Source: an uncultured virus (IMG/VR IMGVR_UViG_3300005530_000001)
Taxonomy: Duplodnaviria > Heunggongvirae > Uroviricota > Caudoviricetes
Length of the DNA stretch: 63,225 nucleotides
IMG/VR virus record: IMGVR_UViG_3300005530_000001
Reading direction: 5' to 3' (one strand)
Shown: one piece after another, positions 55,901-63,178 of the stretch
How positions within the stretch are numbered: position 1 is the stretch's first letter
How the letters are laid out: every line of letters starts with the position of its first letter
Made by a program: the position numbers and the translations under genes
The notes under the pieces: model-generated
What the model was told of the DNA's origin: nothing
Database searches by the model: none
What the model saw: the letters and a program-made list of their open reading frames with translations, nothing else

Positions 55901-56932
55901 CCGCCGAAGCTGCTGGCGCTGCGTCCCGCCATGCCGTGGGGCGATGGCCTCCCGCTGGAGCCGGAGGCGATCGAGGCGCGGCTGGGTCTCCGGACGCTCG
56001 GGGAGGCTGGCGACGCCTGTCACTGGATCACCTACCGCGGACGGCGCATCTGCATCGGGGACGCGGCGCACCAGCGGCACGGGGACATCGAGCCCAAGAT
56101 CTACATGCGGCCCGACGACCTGGAGCCGGTCGATAGCTGGGGCGGTGAACAGAAGTGGAAGGACAAGAAGCATGGCGATCTGCTGAGCGCTCCCATCTCG
56201 AAGGCTGACCTACCGCCGACCCTGTACCACACCACCGTGGCCGCCCCCGCTATCGAGAAGGCGGGCCTACTGCTCGCGCAATCGGATGGCGGCGGCATGG
56301 GGGGCGGTGCGGGGCGTCCCGGCGTGAGCTTCACCACCAGCCAGGCTGACGCCGAGTTGATGCTGAAGGAACTGGGTCGCGAGATCGACCTGGCTCACCG
56401 CGCGCCCGACATGTCCGGCGCTATCACCCGCGGCCTCCTGGAGACCTGGGCGCGCGAGGATGAGCAGCGCATGGGCCTGCCCGCGGGCACCTTCCAGCGG
56501 GCCGTCGACTATGCCATGGGCAACTACGAGGCGAACGTGAAGCCGGTCACGCACGTCTTCGATATGGAGAAGTACGGCGGCTATGCCGACGACGTGCTGC
56601 GGCCTCAGCCCGAACTGGACAAGGGGCTGCGCAGCCTCGGCCACGACGCCCACAGTGCCTACATGCAGGCGCGCGAGACCGACGCGATCAAGGCGCTCGG
56701 GGCCGACTACCAGGCGTTTCGTGTCGAGGATCGCTATGCGCCCGTCAAGAATCCGCTGATCTTCGGCGACGCGGAAGCCTTCAAGGCGCTCGACAAGCAG
56801 CATCTCGGTATCGTCACGGTTCCGACGGCCGCGATTCCCGATGGGGCCCTGATCCGCAAGGGCAGCGATGATTTCCTCCACGAGGTCCGCGTCCACGCTG
56901 ACGTGCCTCTTCACGTACAGGAGCCCGCATGA
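49904..56932 (+). CDS. Giant MuF (head morphogenesis) polyprotein, about 2342 aa, with seven tagged effector modules
   Basis: GGAG RBS and ATG 49904; MuF motifs RIVRSE...WISTLDDATCLQC...HPNCRC; HEYGH zincin; LYR/QSFT/EQE ART; MPQI..LDGTHRW ParB; WY..AALSPQ..KTASFYNNI..TIDGH; LYHTT..VSFTT..HEVRV. Confidence 0.9.
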   Translation: MRHVRRTVGRARDVNTHLQDHFLRRAMLQRRWENAACRDVDTVLKQTTTAITSLVHNAGIFPPRKLTPAERPGFAFLDPVRHDKLKLLLSQIAMTLAHYVRGSVESLRGDLRSLAQVELHLVPKEMQDILDHHVKKHGLMEAAADDCHWITKNGHRICISDGHAEHGHVEIDPTLAPIAGRIQRVVGRLNQKYGPLVTAVKSSGLTGDVLAHKSKDTIYLRSDKALDTEFWRQHEKEWAGLRIDPSLEGVLTHEYGHVLFTRALNTDPERYNQEIAPLAADTAVATSAYGQEHSVENEAEAFAAIEAGRHAWGLETEMTGQAMARARQMVSAAMAILKGQTQQEALDDPTADDFDPDLYFTSGRKALIPPAPTPLPKILRGSPNSFLTELLGTPLGGAFYQTSFADLGASLVSGIRNILLGGLMSGEGVAPVARRLQGLLGGARYKSERIVRSEFGRVANQAALTSFAQNSDVIQAVQWISTLDDATCLQCGELDARTWESFAAAPVPVADTHPNCRCRLIPVVKGAEDLGLPEGTRASFNGQVPASLDYETWFDQQDDAFQREVLGPTRYRLYASGQADLSDFATASGVRRVRDVLADLAEANVGECHWITKHGRPICITGSHLHPTPPPSGPIQATLPGLRDWTPPTPEDLARQEWLDAQRAADLDAMHALWATLDGTEVEVPGPETWAALTEAQQEQVQNAWEDAHVEDYIDQAKEDWINDTGAADVTQAMNDDTDLQRRVVEKALTKALGPERAAALLDTEDVAANLRSLAGGSLSIRSVAGNDAATQEEARVMYLEAGRLWEDEYNERISDLEVPEDVTQGAYEAASEAFAGLDDESKDELAKAMFGGAQRVDLTAPDRWRVTLDPHASAEARDEYLATGRIANALVAARADQLWRARYPEESTPDFQNLASGFWRDWKKDSFHEGTLDMHQALVQELSANTRGQEYATAERKGIETLTPSHADRVYTRALWDTTQFLLTKAGVTEMDLYRSIILPAEVAHREPTLPITPAAASGSGSAVDLRIPPGGYVKYPSLALQQNPAQSFTFSDQVANTWDGVGSSPPGGQRVVLRAKVPSTAIWSLPLYGKNIQHEQEAVVLGTPWKKWDAWMGFAPPPAVLALEALVEAGPMQQDGTPARPEQFVIDLANPALTGGQHWLWHGRFVDTQQEAGTDCRWITKHGRRICIAPGHAHTDPGATQALTGHLPAAARFLTDQGWLHVSASPTEEGQHQSIVYREPQSGDRMTVFANGDWVHVFADGTATEGHRLAGLKLHLFARDFLGPTLRDPSAQLEAADAEACHWITKNGRRICITGGHTHAAPVRFAASLGIERKNMPQIRAKDMGEFLAWVSEQGVTITRETVPASSLRPAQAHYNPEQVAQMQRENMTKPLVVSRDHYILDGTHRWVRFTQDDPTQAVTVLRIDRPATEAIDLMKRFPKAEVQDITDIGAPRGRALAPALAEAADADCRWITKNGRPICIRQGHGEHERIGTVASLPKRTSVPVTGLVQISKGSESKVYDGRVKAGRPVIVYRGVGTLKEIDDAVAAGAWESQGDWVTQWEGRTQVATGPLDLALTAQYPFLVQVDIQGLPVRAVHFTTGPNRVNVKSGTVSGLDHAMGLGVTAPIPLDRIKNIWSVERPSLKLTSVKSLFPTLALQEAGEDCHWITYQGRRICITGGHAHAGASSTVVTTTEEAALSPKDRAKFEKGLAAYGLTREGMRAEILAKISNADGTVNVQLLAEARHWYPDAHAFATDLMGKAPITLEQAVGVIAALSPQNPWEYKTQYGLAGNKVDAASVVRYFADHTEDHQTPAELAAGVKALYDPNGHNADRHLGPGMLSPTSSVEKAFSILRDGSAANLAEQLGTLKTASFYNNILAPGQTRAVTIDGHMAKAIAYAALAQGRAMPKDGPGPKGERLGSVTSMMDAKVWGSIGHVLVADQVRQVADTLHESPDTIQAAYWLAVQPNNPFKGTYEAWRPGAFGWRRDQTVSEADQDPPKLLALRPAMPWGDGLPLEPEAIEARLGLRTLGEAGDACHWITYRGRRICIGDAAHQRHGDIEPKIYMRPDDLEPVDSWGGEQKWKDKKHGDLLSAPISKADLPPTLYHTTVAAPAIEKAGLLLAQSDGGGMGGGAGRPGVSFTTSQADAELMLKELGREIDLAHRAPDMSGAITRGLLETWAREDEQRMGLPAGTFQRAVDYAMGNYEANVKPVTHVFDMEKYGGYADDVLRPQPELDKGLRSLGHDAHSAYMQARETDAIKALGADYQAFRVEDRYAPVKNPLIFGDAEAFKALDKQHLGIVTVPTAAIPDGALIRKGSDDFLHEVRVHADVPLHVQEPA

Positions 56933-57165
56933 CCCCACCCACCAAGAAGCGCAGCCGTCACATCACGGTCGCGATCCTCGCGCGCTGGCTCGACGTGAAC
57001 GAAGAAACCGTGCTGCGCTGGATTCGCGGACGCAAGCTCCCCGCCCTGAACGTCGGCGGCACCGGCAACGGCGCGCCTCGCTACCGGATCTTCCGCAAGG
57101 ACATCGTGACGTTCCTGCATCGCCGTGGGCTGACCCACGATCACATCTCGGAACTGTTCGTCTGA
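56929..57165 (+). CDS. Excisionase/MerR-like HTH DNA-binding protein
   Basis: TVAILARWLDVNEETVLRWIRGRKLPA...YRI. Confidence 0.8.
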   Translation: MTPPTKKRSRHITVAILARWLDVNEETVLRWIRGRKLPALNVGGTGNGAPRYRIFRKDIVTFLHRRGLTHDHISELFV

Positions 57166-57180
57166 ACCGGAAAAGCACCA

Positions 57181-57210
57181 CCAAGCTCGACTAAGCTCCA
57201 CTAAGCTCTA
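57181..57210 (+). repeat. 3x 10-bp tandem repeat upstream of the protease gene
   Basis: CCAAGCTCGA CTAAGCTCCA CTAAGCTCTA. Confidence 0.85.
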
Positions 57211-57269
57211 CACGTAAGCCAGCGAATCCATAGGCGATTTTCGCCACGCTGCCGTCATCCTAGACGGCA

Positions 57270-59333
57270 ATGGGCAAGAAGACCGAAGGCGGTCAGCAGT
57301 TCAGTAGCGGCGCCTACCTTGTTGTGCCCAACCCGGATGAGCCCTCGACCTGGAAGCTGCGCGTTGAGGAGACCCCGGGGAAAGTGACGACCGCGCAGTT
57401 GGGGCGCGCGGCGGCGGCGCTCGGGCCCGGCTTCCGCGGCAACAAGGTCAGCCTGAGCCCGGCCGAGCGGGCGAGCGCGCTGCGCAAGCTCCGCGGGCTC
57501 TACAAGAGCCAGGGCTCCAGCGGGGACGATCTGCCCGCGGTGCTCCAGCAGGCCGTCTCCCAGGTTGCCGGGCGGCGCCTGCGCACCAACGTGGCGAAGC
57601 TCATGGCGCAGATGGAGGCGGCCCCCGCCACCCTCAAGGCGGAGATCACCGAGGACCTGGAGTGCCTGCAGGAGAGCCTCTACCTCTACGGGCTCGCGGC
57701 CATCCAGGGCGGCACGCTCAGCTTCGAGACCGTGATCGCCGCGGTGCAGGACGCCTGCGACGAGATCGAGGACGGCGAGGACGACGACAGTCACCCCGAG
57801 GTCGCGCCGTCGCGCCACCAGGTCATCGCGACGTTCCCGGGCACCGCGATCTATGCGTGCCAGGAGGGCTCGCTCTACCAGGTCTCCTACCACATCGAAG
57901 GGACGGAGGCCGTCATCGAGGGCGAGCCGGTCGAGGTCACGGCCGAGTTCAGCCCGACCGAGCAGCCCGTCCAGGAAGCCGCCGCGCTCGCTGAGGCGCA
58001 GGCGCTGGTCGAGTCGCGCCCCGCAGGGCCCTGGGGCACGGGCCACATCAATCGCGAGACGAACACGATCGAGGGCACGACGCTCATCACCTCGGCCTCC
58101 TCGAACGGCGTCAACCGCAAGCGCAAGTACAGCGAGAACGCGCTCAAGCAGATCGCCAGCATGGCCGAGGGCATCCCGGCCTACGCCAACCACGTGAGCC
58201 CGGAACTGGCGTTCAAGCCGCGCGACGTCAAGGATCTGATCGGCCGCCACGTCAACGTCCGCTACGACGCCCCGACGGGCAGCGTGAAGAGCGACCTCCA
58301 GTTGCTGGAGCACCACGCGCCGTGGGTCTTCAGCCTGGCCGAGCGCCTGGGCGATCAGGTCGGCAACAGCCTGGTCAGCAAGGGGCTCGTGCGGATGGAG
58401 GGCGACACCGAGGTCGTGGATGAGATCGTCGCGCTGCGCTCGGGCGATCTGGTCAGCGATCCGGCCAGCACCAAGGGCCTCTTCGAGGCGCAGGGGGCGG
58501 ACGAGGACGACAGCCAGGCCTTCCTGCGCGTCGACCGCGCCATCTTCCAGACCATCGCCGAGGCGGGCCCCGAGGCGCAGGTGGCCAGCCTGCTCTTTCC
58601 GAAGGCGACCTGGCAGGCGAGCGCCGCGCAGGCCTGGGCCAAGGCGCACGGCTTCAAGACGCTCGTGGAAGACACCGACACCGCGCACCGGCTGGTCCAG
58701 GCGCCGGAGTCCTTCAAGCGCACGCAGACGATCCGGCTGACCCCCGCGGGCGCGAGCCCCGACGTCGCCGCCGTGATCGGCTTCCCCACCACCACTCAGG
58801 AGGCTATCGACATGGAGATGAACGCGGTCACGATCACCCAGTACCTGAAGGAGCACGCCGACGTTCAGAAGCAGGTCGGTGATCTGCTCGGGTTCGTCCC
58901 GAAGGCGGATGCCTCCAAGCTGCAGGAGTCCATCGACGCCGCGGCCCAGGAGAAGAAGACCCTGACCGAGTCGGTGGCCACCATCACCAAGGAGCGCGAC
59001 GGCCTGAAGGTCGAGGTGGACGCCTTCAAGGCGAAGGAGGCGGTGGCCGCCAAGCGCGTGAAGCTGCAGGAGGCCATCGACAAGCACGACCTCGGCAAGA
59101 AGTTCGGGAAGGTCAAGGAGGTCGTGTCCGAGGTCTTCGTCTCCTCGCTCATGGAGGCCGACGAGGCGAAGTGGGGCGGGTTGCTGGACGACCGCTACAC
59201 CTCGATGACCAAGGCGCAGGGCGGCCAGCGTCCGCGGTCCGAGGGCAAGGCAGGGGTCCTCACCGAGGGGCAGGACGGCGGCGAGGGCAGCGGCGATCTG
59301 CACCAGCGGCTCCGCGAGGCAGTGATCCGCTAG
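57270..59333 (+). CDS. Prohead protease-scaffold fusion
   Basis: Central NRKRKYSENALK...YANH...RDVKDLIG...GNSL...SGDLVSDPA protease-like core; C-terminal coiled coil; between MuF and capsid genes. Confidence 0.8.
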   Translation: MGKKTEGGQQFSSGAYLVVPNPDEPSTWKLRVEETPGKVTTAQLGRAAAALGPGFRGNKVSLSPAERASALRKLRGLYKSQGSSGDDLPAVLQQAVSQVAGRRLRTNVAKLMAQMEAAPATLKAEITEDLECLQESLYLYGLAAIQGGTLSFETVIAAVQDACDEIEDGEDDDSHPEVAPSRHQVIATFPGTAIYACQEGSLYQVSYHIEGTEAVIEGEPVEVTAEFSPTEQPVQEAAALAEAQALVESRPAGPWGTGHINRETNTIEGTTLITSASSNGVNRKRKYSENALKQIASMAEGIPAYANHVSPELAFKPRDVKDLIGRHVNVRYDAPTGSVKSDLQLLEHHAPWVFSLAERLGDQVGNSLVSKGLVRMEGDTEVVDEIVALRSGDLVSDPASTKGLFEAQGADEDDSQAFLRVDRAIFQTIAEAGPEAQVASLLFPKATWQASAAQAWAKAHGFKTLVEDTDTAHRLVQAPESFKRTQTIRLTPAGASPDVAAVIGFPTTTQEAIDMEMNAVTITQYLKEHADVQKQVGDLLGFVPKADASKLQESIDAAAQEKKTLTESVATITKERDGLKVEVDAFKAKEAVAAKRVKLQEAIDKHDLGKKFGKVKEVVSEVFVSSLMEADEAKWGGLLDDRYTSMTKAQGGQRPRSEGKAGVLTEGQDGGEGSGDLHQRLREAVIR

Positions 59334-59367
59334 GCCCACCGGCCCACACCAGGAGGACGAGGAGCCC

Positions 59368-59982
59368 ATGAGCAACTTCCAGAGCTACTACATCAAGGTG
59401 GGCCAGTTGCGCTTCTACAGCGGCAACACGCCCCCCTACTTCTTCGAGGTACCGTTCCGCGGGGCGGTGACGGGGCCCGTGGATCGGGCGCGGGCGGGCG
59501 AGACGCTCGTGCTCGATCGGGGCCGGTTCACCGCGGACAGCCACTACGTGAGCCCGCCGGACGATCCGTTGCTCGCCCCGCTGCCGTTCTCCTGCAACTT
59601 CCGGCTCGCGAACTCGGAGCCGAACTTCTCCAAGATCCTCACCATCATCAAGACGCCCGGTGGGGTGAACTTCAAGAACATCGGCGGACGCTCGTGGCTG
59701 TCGTCCAAGGCCACGACCCAGATCCGGAACAGCGATCCGCTCGGCCAGGTCCTCGCGACCACGCCGCCGTTCTCGGACTCGGAGAAGCACACGGTGACGG
59801 TCGAGGTCCTGTGGACCGATCCGCAGGGCGTCTCGAACCGCGGCATCAAGTGGGGCGAGGTCTACTTTCCGCCCGATCAGAAGATCACCGAGGCCGTGGA
59901 CACGGTGACGGTCGATCTCAACGGCGAAGTGTACGGCGCCATCAGCCTGATCACCGCCTTCGACGCGGGCACCGAGTCGTAA
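59368..59982 (+). CDS. Virion structural protein (unassigned)
   Basis: AGGAG RBS; beta-rich; within the head operon. Confidence 0.55.
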   Translation: MSNFQSYYIKVGQLRFYSGNTPPYFFEVPFRGAVTGPVDRARAGETLVLDRGRFTADSHYVSPPDDPLLAPLPFSCNFRLANSEPNFSKILTIIKTPGGVNFKNIGGRSWLSSKATTQIRNSDPLGQVLATTPPFSDSEKHTVTVEVLWTDPQGVSNRGIKWGEVYFPPDQKITEAVDTVTVDLNGEVYGAISLITAFDAGTES

Positions 59983-60156
59983 CGCGACGTGACCCAGTTC
60001 CTGCCCCGGCCTTCGCGGGTGGCCCAGCATGCGGCGCAAGTCGCAACGGTGGGCTTCGTGTCTCACGACGCGACGGGGCTCCACATTTTCCGGGCGGCAG
60101 TACCGGTGCGCTCTGACCGCTGACCCCGACCCGGTGACAAGGAAAGCAGGTACAAA

Positions 60157-60699
60157 ATGAGCTACCGCGCACGCTGGGATCTCTCGGCCAACCCGAAGTC
60201 GCTGAAGCAGTACCGCTACGCCTCGGGCGACGCGCCCGCCATCGGGGACCTGATGTGGTACGACCGCCGCGGCGTCAGCGGCGTGGCGGGCGGCTGCGCG
60301 CGTCCGTTCTCCAGCACGTCGGCCTGGACCGGCTCGACCGCGGGCAGCCAGGCGAAGGTCGCCGAGGCCTTCCTCGGCGTCTGCCAGTCGGTCGACACGG
60401 TCAACCTGCTCTGCAGCATCACGGGTCGCGGCGTGGTCGGCATGCCCACGGACACGCCCTACACCTTCGACGTCGGGGACCTCATCGTCCCGGTCAAGGA
60501 CCCGTCGGGCAACCTGCTCTACTCCCAGGTCGTGGCGAAGGGCACGGTCACCGGCCCCCAGGACTTCAACAGCCTGTCGCGCGAGATCGCGATCGGCAAG
60601 GCGCACAAGCGGTACGCGGCTGTGAGCGGAGTGGTCGAGTTCGAGATCTGCGGCATCCACGAGTCGGGCGCTGGCCCCCGCCAGTTCCTGACCAGCTAA
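60157..60699 (+). CDS. Head decoration/cement-like protein
   Basis: Immediately upstream of the capsid gene; IGDLM...AFLGV...FDVGDLI...AIGKA. Confidence 0.65.
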   Translation: MSYRARWDLSANPKSLKQYRYASGDAPAIGDLMWYDRRGVSGVAGGCARPFSSTSAWTGSTAGSQAKVAEAFLGVCQSVDTVNLLCSITGRGVVGMPTDTPYTFDVGDLIVPVKDPSGNLLYSQVVAKGTVTGPQDFNSLSREIAIGKAHKRYAAVSGVVEFEICGIHESGAGPRQFLTS

Positions 60700-60719
60700 G
60701 ACGGAGCGACCTGACAACC

Positions 60720-60743
60720 CTGCCGGGGCCCGCGCCCCGGCAG
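60720..60743 (+). other. 10-bp GC stem-loop upstream of the capsid gene
   Basis: CTGCCGGGGC-CCGC-GCCCCGGCAG. Confidence 0.6.
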
Positions 60744-60773
60744 AGAGCACCGCCCTCAAGGAGGCGACGACTC

Positions 60774-61997
60774 ATGCTGAAGACCGAAGACGTCAAGGAC
60801 ATCTACCGCGCCGCCGGTGGTACGCGTGGGTTCGTCGGCCTCATGGCCGACCTGCTGGAGGGCAAGGATCAGACGGGCAAGTCGATCCCGAAGGTGCGGC
60901 CCGACGACTTCTCCCTCCGCGCCCTCTGGGAGGGCCTGGTGGGTCCGGCCGAGGAGACGCTCGCCGGATACGCCCGGGCCGGTCGCTTCAACTACCTGAC
61001 CATGCAGGAGGCGGTGGACAGCACCGCCTTCCCGTCGGCGACGGGCGTGCTCATCGCCGCGAAGGTCATCGAGGCGTACAACGCCGTGCCGATGATCGGC
61101 GACCGTCTCACCCAGGTCATGCAGTCGAAGCTGAAGCAGGAGCGCATCGTCGGGTTCACCTCGCTGGAAGGCCCGACCGAAGTGCCCGAGGGCATGCCGT
61201 ACCAGGAGAGCGGGTTCGCGGAGAAGTACGTCACGACCGACACCGCGAAGAAGGGCCGCATCCTGGAGGTGACCGAGGAGGCGATCTTCTTCGACCAGAC
61301 GGGCCAGGTGCTCATGCGGGCGCAGCGGCTCGGGGAGATGACCGCCGAGGAGAAGGAGTTGGCCATCCTCTCCGGCGTCATCGACGTGGGCTCCGGCGCG
61401 CCGGGCTTCAAGGACGTCTACCGGCCGAGCGGTTCGGTGGCCACGCTGTATGCCACCGGCAACAGCAACTACCAGTCCACCACCACCGCGCTGCAGGACT
61501 GGACCGACATCGATGAGACCCTGCAGTACGCGGCGGCGAACCTCAAGGACGACCGCGCCATCGTGTCGGAGCGGCTGCCGATCACCTTCACTCCGCGGGT
61601 GCTGCTGACTTCGCGGAAGAAGGCGGCGACGGCCGCGCGCATCATCCAGGCGACCACGGTGCGGGTGGGCAACACCGCGACCGCGGGCGGCGTGCAGGAA
61701 GAGGGCGCGGCCATCGTCTCCTCCATCGCGCCGGGGCTGGTGCCGCTGTCCTCGCCCCTGCTCGACTACCTCGCCGGGATCTCCGGCAGCCGGTACAGCC
61801 AGTCGGACGACTGGTTCATCGGCGATCCGCAGAAGCAGTTCATCTGGCAGGAGATCTGGCCGCTGCAGACCCTGCGGGCGCGCCAGGACGACGAGGCGGC
61901 CTTCCGTCGGGACGTGGTGGCGCGGTTCAAGGTGCGCTACTACGGCGGCATCGCCGCGATCGACAACAAGTATTTCATCAAGGTCAAGGGCGCCTAA
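60774..61997 (+). CDS. Major capsid protein (HK97 fold, Mu gpT-like)
   Basis: AAGGAGG RBS; EVPEGMPY...KKGRILEVTEEAIFFDQTG...DWFIGD...RFKVRYYGG. Confidence 0.9.
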   Translation: MLKTEDVKDIYRAAGGTRGFVGLMADLLEGKDQTGKSIPKVRPDDFSLRALWEGLVGPAEETLAGYARAGRFNYLTMQEAVDSTAFPSATGVLIAAKVIEAYNAVPMIGDRLTQVMQSKLKQERIVGFTSLEGPTEVPEGMPYQESGFAEKYVTTDTAKKGRILEVTEEAIFFDQTGQVLMRAQRLGEMTAEEKELAILSGVIDVGSGAPGFKDVYRPSGSVATLYATGNSNYQSTTTALQDWTDIDETLQYAAANLKDDRAIVSERLPITFTPRVLLTSRKKAATAARIIQATTVRVGNTATAGGVQEEGAAIVSSIAPGLVPLSSPLLDYLAGISGSRYSQSDDWFIGDPQKQFIWQEIWPLQTLRARQDDEAAFRRDVVARFKVRYYGGIAAIDNKYFIKVKGA

Positions 61998-62115
61998 CCG
62001 GCGCTCGCGACCTGAGCCGCTTCCGGCGGCGGGAGGGGATGCGGCCCCGCGGGCGGGGCGTCGACACCGCGCTAGTGTCGGCGCCGCCCGCGGTCTCTCT
62101 CGCCGCCGGTTTCCC

Positions 62116-62790
62116 ATGAACGGGATTATCGGCATCCTCACGGGCAAGGGTCCGGCCTGCGATGAGTTGCAGGCCTGGCTCGATACGCTCCAGCCCTATC
62201 AGCCGACCCAGGTGCTGCGCATCCCGGGCAACCAGATCGCGCACCAGCGCAACCTGGTCGCCCAGCAGATGCTGGTGCAGGACCGCCCCTGGGTGCTCTT
62301 CGTGGACAACGACTGCATCCCGCCTCCGGGCGCCATCGAGCGGCTACTGAGCCACGATCTGCCGCTCGTCAGTGGCGCCTGCGTCGAGCGCGTCGCCCCC
62401 TTCGACCTCTGCGCGATCCGGAGCTTCGAGCCGTTCACCCGCTACCGCGCCACGGATCTCAAGGGGCAGACCGAGCCCTTCCCGGTGGTGGCGGCGGGCA
62501 CGGGCTGCCTCCTGGTGCGCCGGGAGGTCTTCCTGGCCCTGGGCGCGCCGTGGTTCCGCTGTGGACAACTCTCGGCCGACCTCCTGGCAGAAGACACGGA
62601 TTTCTGCCTGCGCGCCGCCGAGGCGGGCTTCCCCGTCTACCTCGATCCCCTGGTCAAGGTCGGCCACGACGTGCGCTGTGTGCTCTACCCCGGCGACGAG
62701 GGCCTGTGGGCCCAGTGGTCGGGACCATTCGGGCTGCTGCCCTACCGGGAGCCGCTCGGGGACGAGGTGGCCCGTGTCGTTCACCTATAG
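62116..62790 (+). CDS. GT2-like glycosyltransferase between capsid and adaptor genes
   Basis: QRN...WVLFVDND (DxD), AGTGCLLVRREVF, EDTDFC, VGH. Confidence 0.85.
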   Translation: MNGIIGILTGKGPACDELQAWLDTLQPYQPTQVLRIPGNQIAHQRNLVAQQMLVQDRPWVLFVDNDCIPPPGAIERLLSHDLPLVSGACVERVAPFDLCAIRSFEPFTRYRATDLKGQTEPFPVVAAGTGCLLVRREVFLALGAPWFRCGQLSADLLAEDTDFCLRAAEAGFPVYLDPLVKVGHDVRCVLYPGDEGLWAQWSGPFGLLPYREPLGDEVARVVHL

Positions 62791-63178
62791 TCAGCCCTGG
62801 ACCGGCGCCCGCGACTACGTCCGCTTCCTGATCCCGGACACGGTGGGCGCCACCGCGCTCTTCCAGGATGAGGAACTCGACAGCCTCCTGAGTAACTGGT
62901 CGGGTGACGCCCGCCTGGCCGCGGCCGAGGCGCTGGAGGCGCTGGCCGGGCTCTACGCGCGCAACGCCATCAGCTACTCGGTCACGGGCTTCAGCCTGGA
63001 CCGGAAGTCCGTCTCGCGGGCGCTGCTGGACCGGGCCAAGGCCCTGCGGGAGGCGGCGCTGGCGGTGCCCTTCGAGTTCGAGTCGGTGGCCGACCACATG
63101 ATCGACAGCGCGGGGGTCGATCGCTCGAACTACGACAACACGCCCGCCGACGGCGCCCCGGAGGGCTTCGCGCCGTGA
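62774..63178 (+). CDS. Head-tail adaptor-like protein
   Basis: RDYVRFLIPDT...LFQDEEL...AAAEALEALA; position after the capsid gene. Confidence 0.7.
   Translation: MSFTYSQPWTGARDYVRFLIPDTVGATALFQDEELDSLLSNWSGDARLAAAEALEALAGLYARNAISYSVTGFSLDRKSVSRALLDRAKALREAALAVPFEFESVADHMIDSAGVDRSNYDNTPADGAPEGFAP

Larger units (their letters stand above)
38626..56060 (+). repeat. Dispersed coding repeat: 12 copies of the C-x10-C tag (first Cys codons at 38626, 38896, 38968, 39883, 40366, 50342, 51725, 53435, 53810, 54314, 54899, 56018)
   Basis: e.g. GACTGCCGGTGGATCACCAAGAACGGCC at about 38965 and 54311; consensus C[HR]W[IV]TxxG[RH]x[IV]CI. Confidence 0.92.

Noticed and set aside
38626..56060. Tag repeats as a CRISPR array or DGR template/variable repeats
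   Set aside because: Copies are in-frame coding, mostly hundreds to thousands of bases apart and variable at synonymous sites; no cas or reverse transcriptase gene seen
47809..62147. Long minus-strand ORFs (e.g. 47809-49950, 52235-54373, 57255-59375, 59260-60759, 60756-62147)
   Set aside because: Antisense shadows of strongly GC3-biased + strand genes; no recognisable motifs or promoters, unlike the 39615-39818 case
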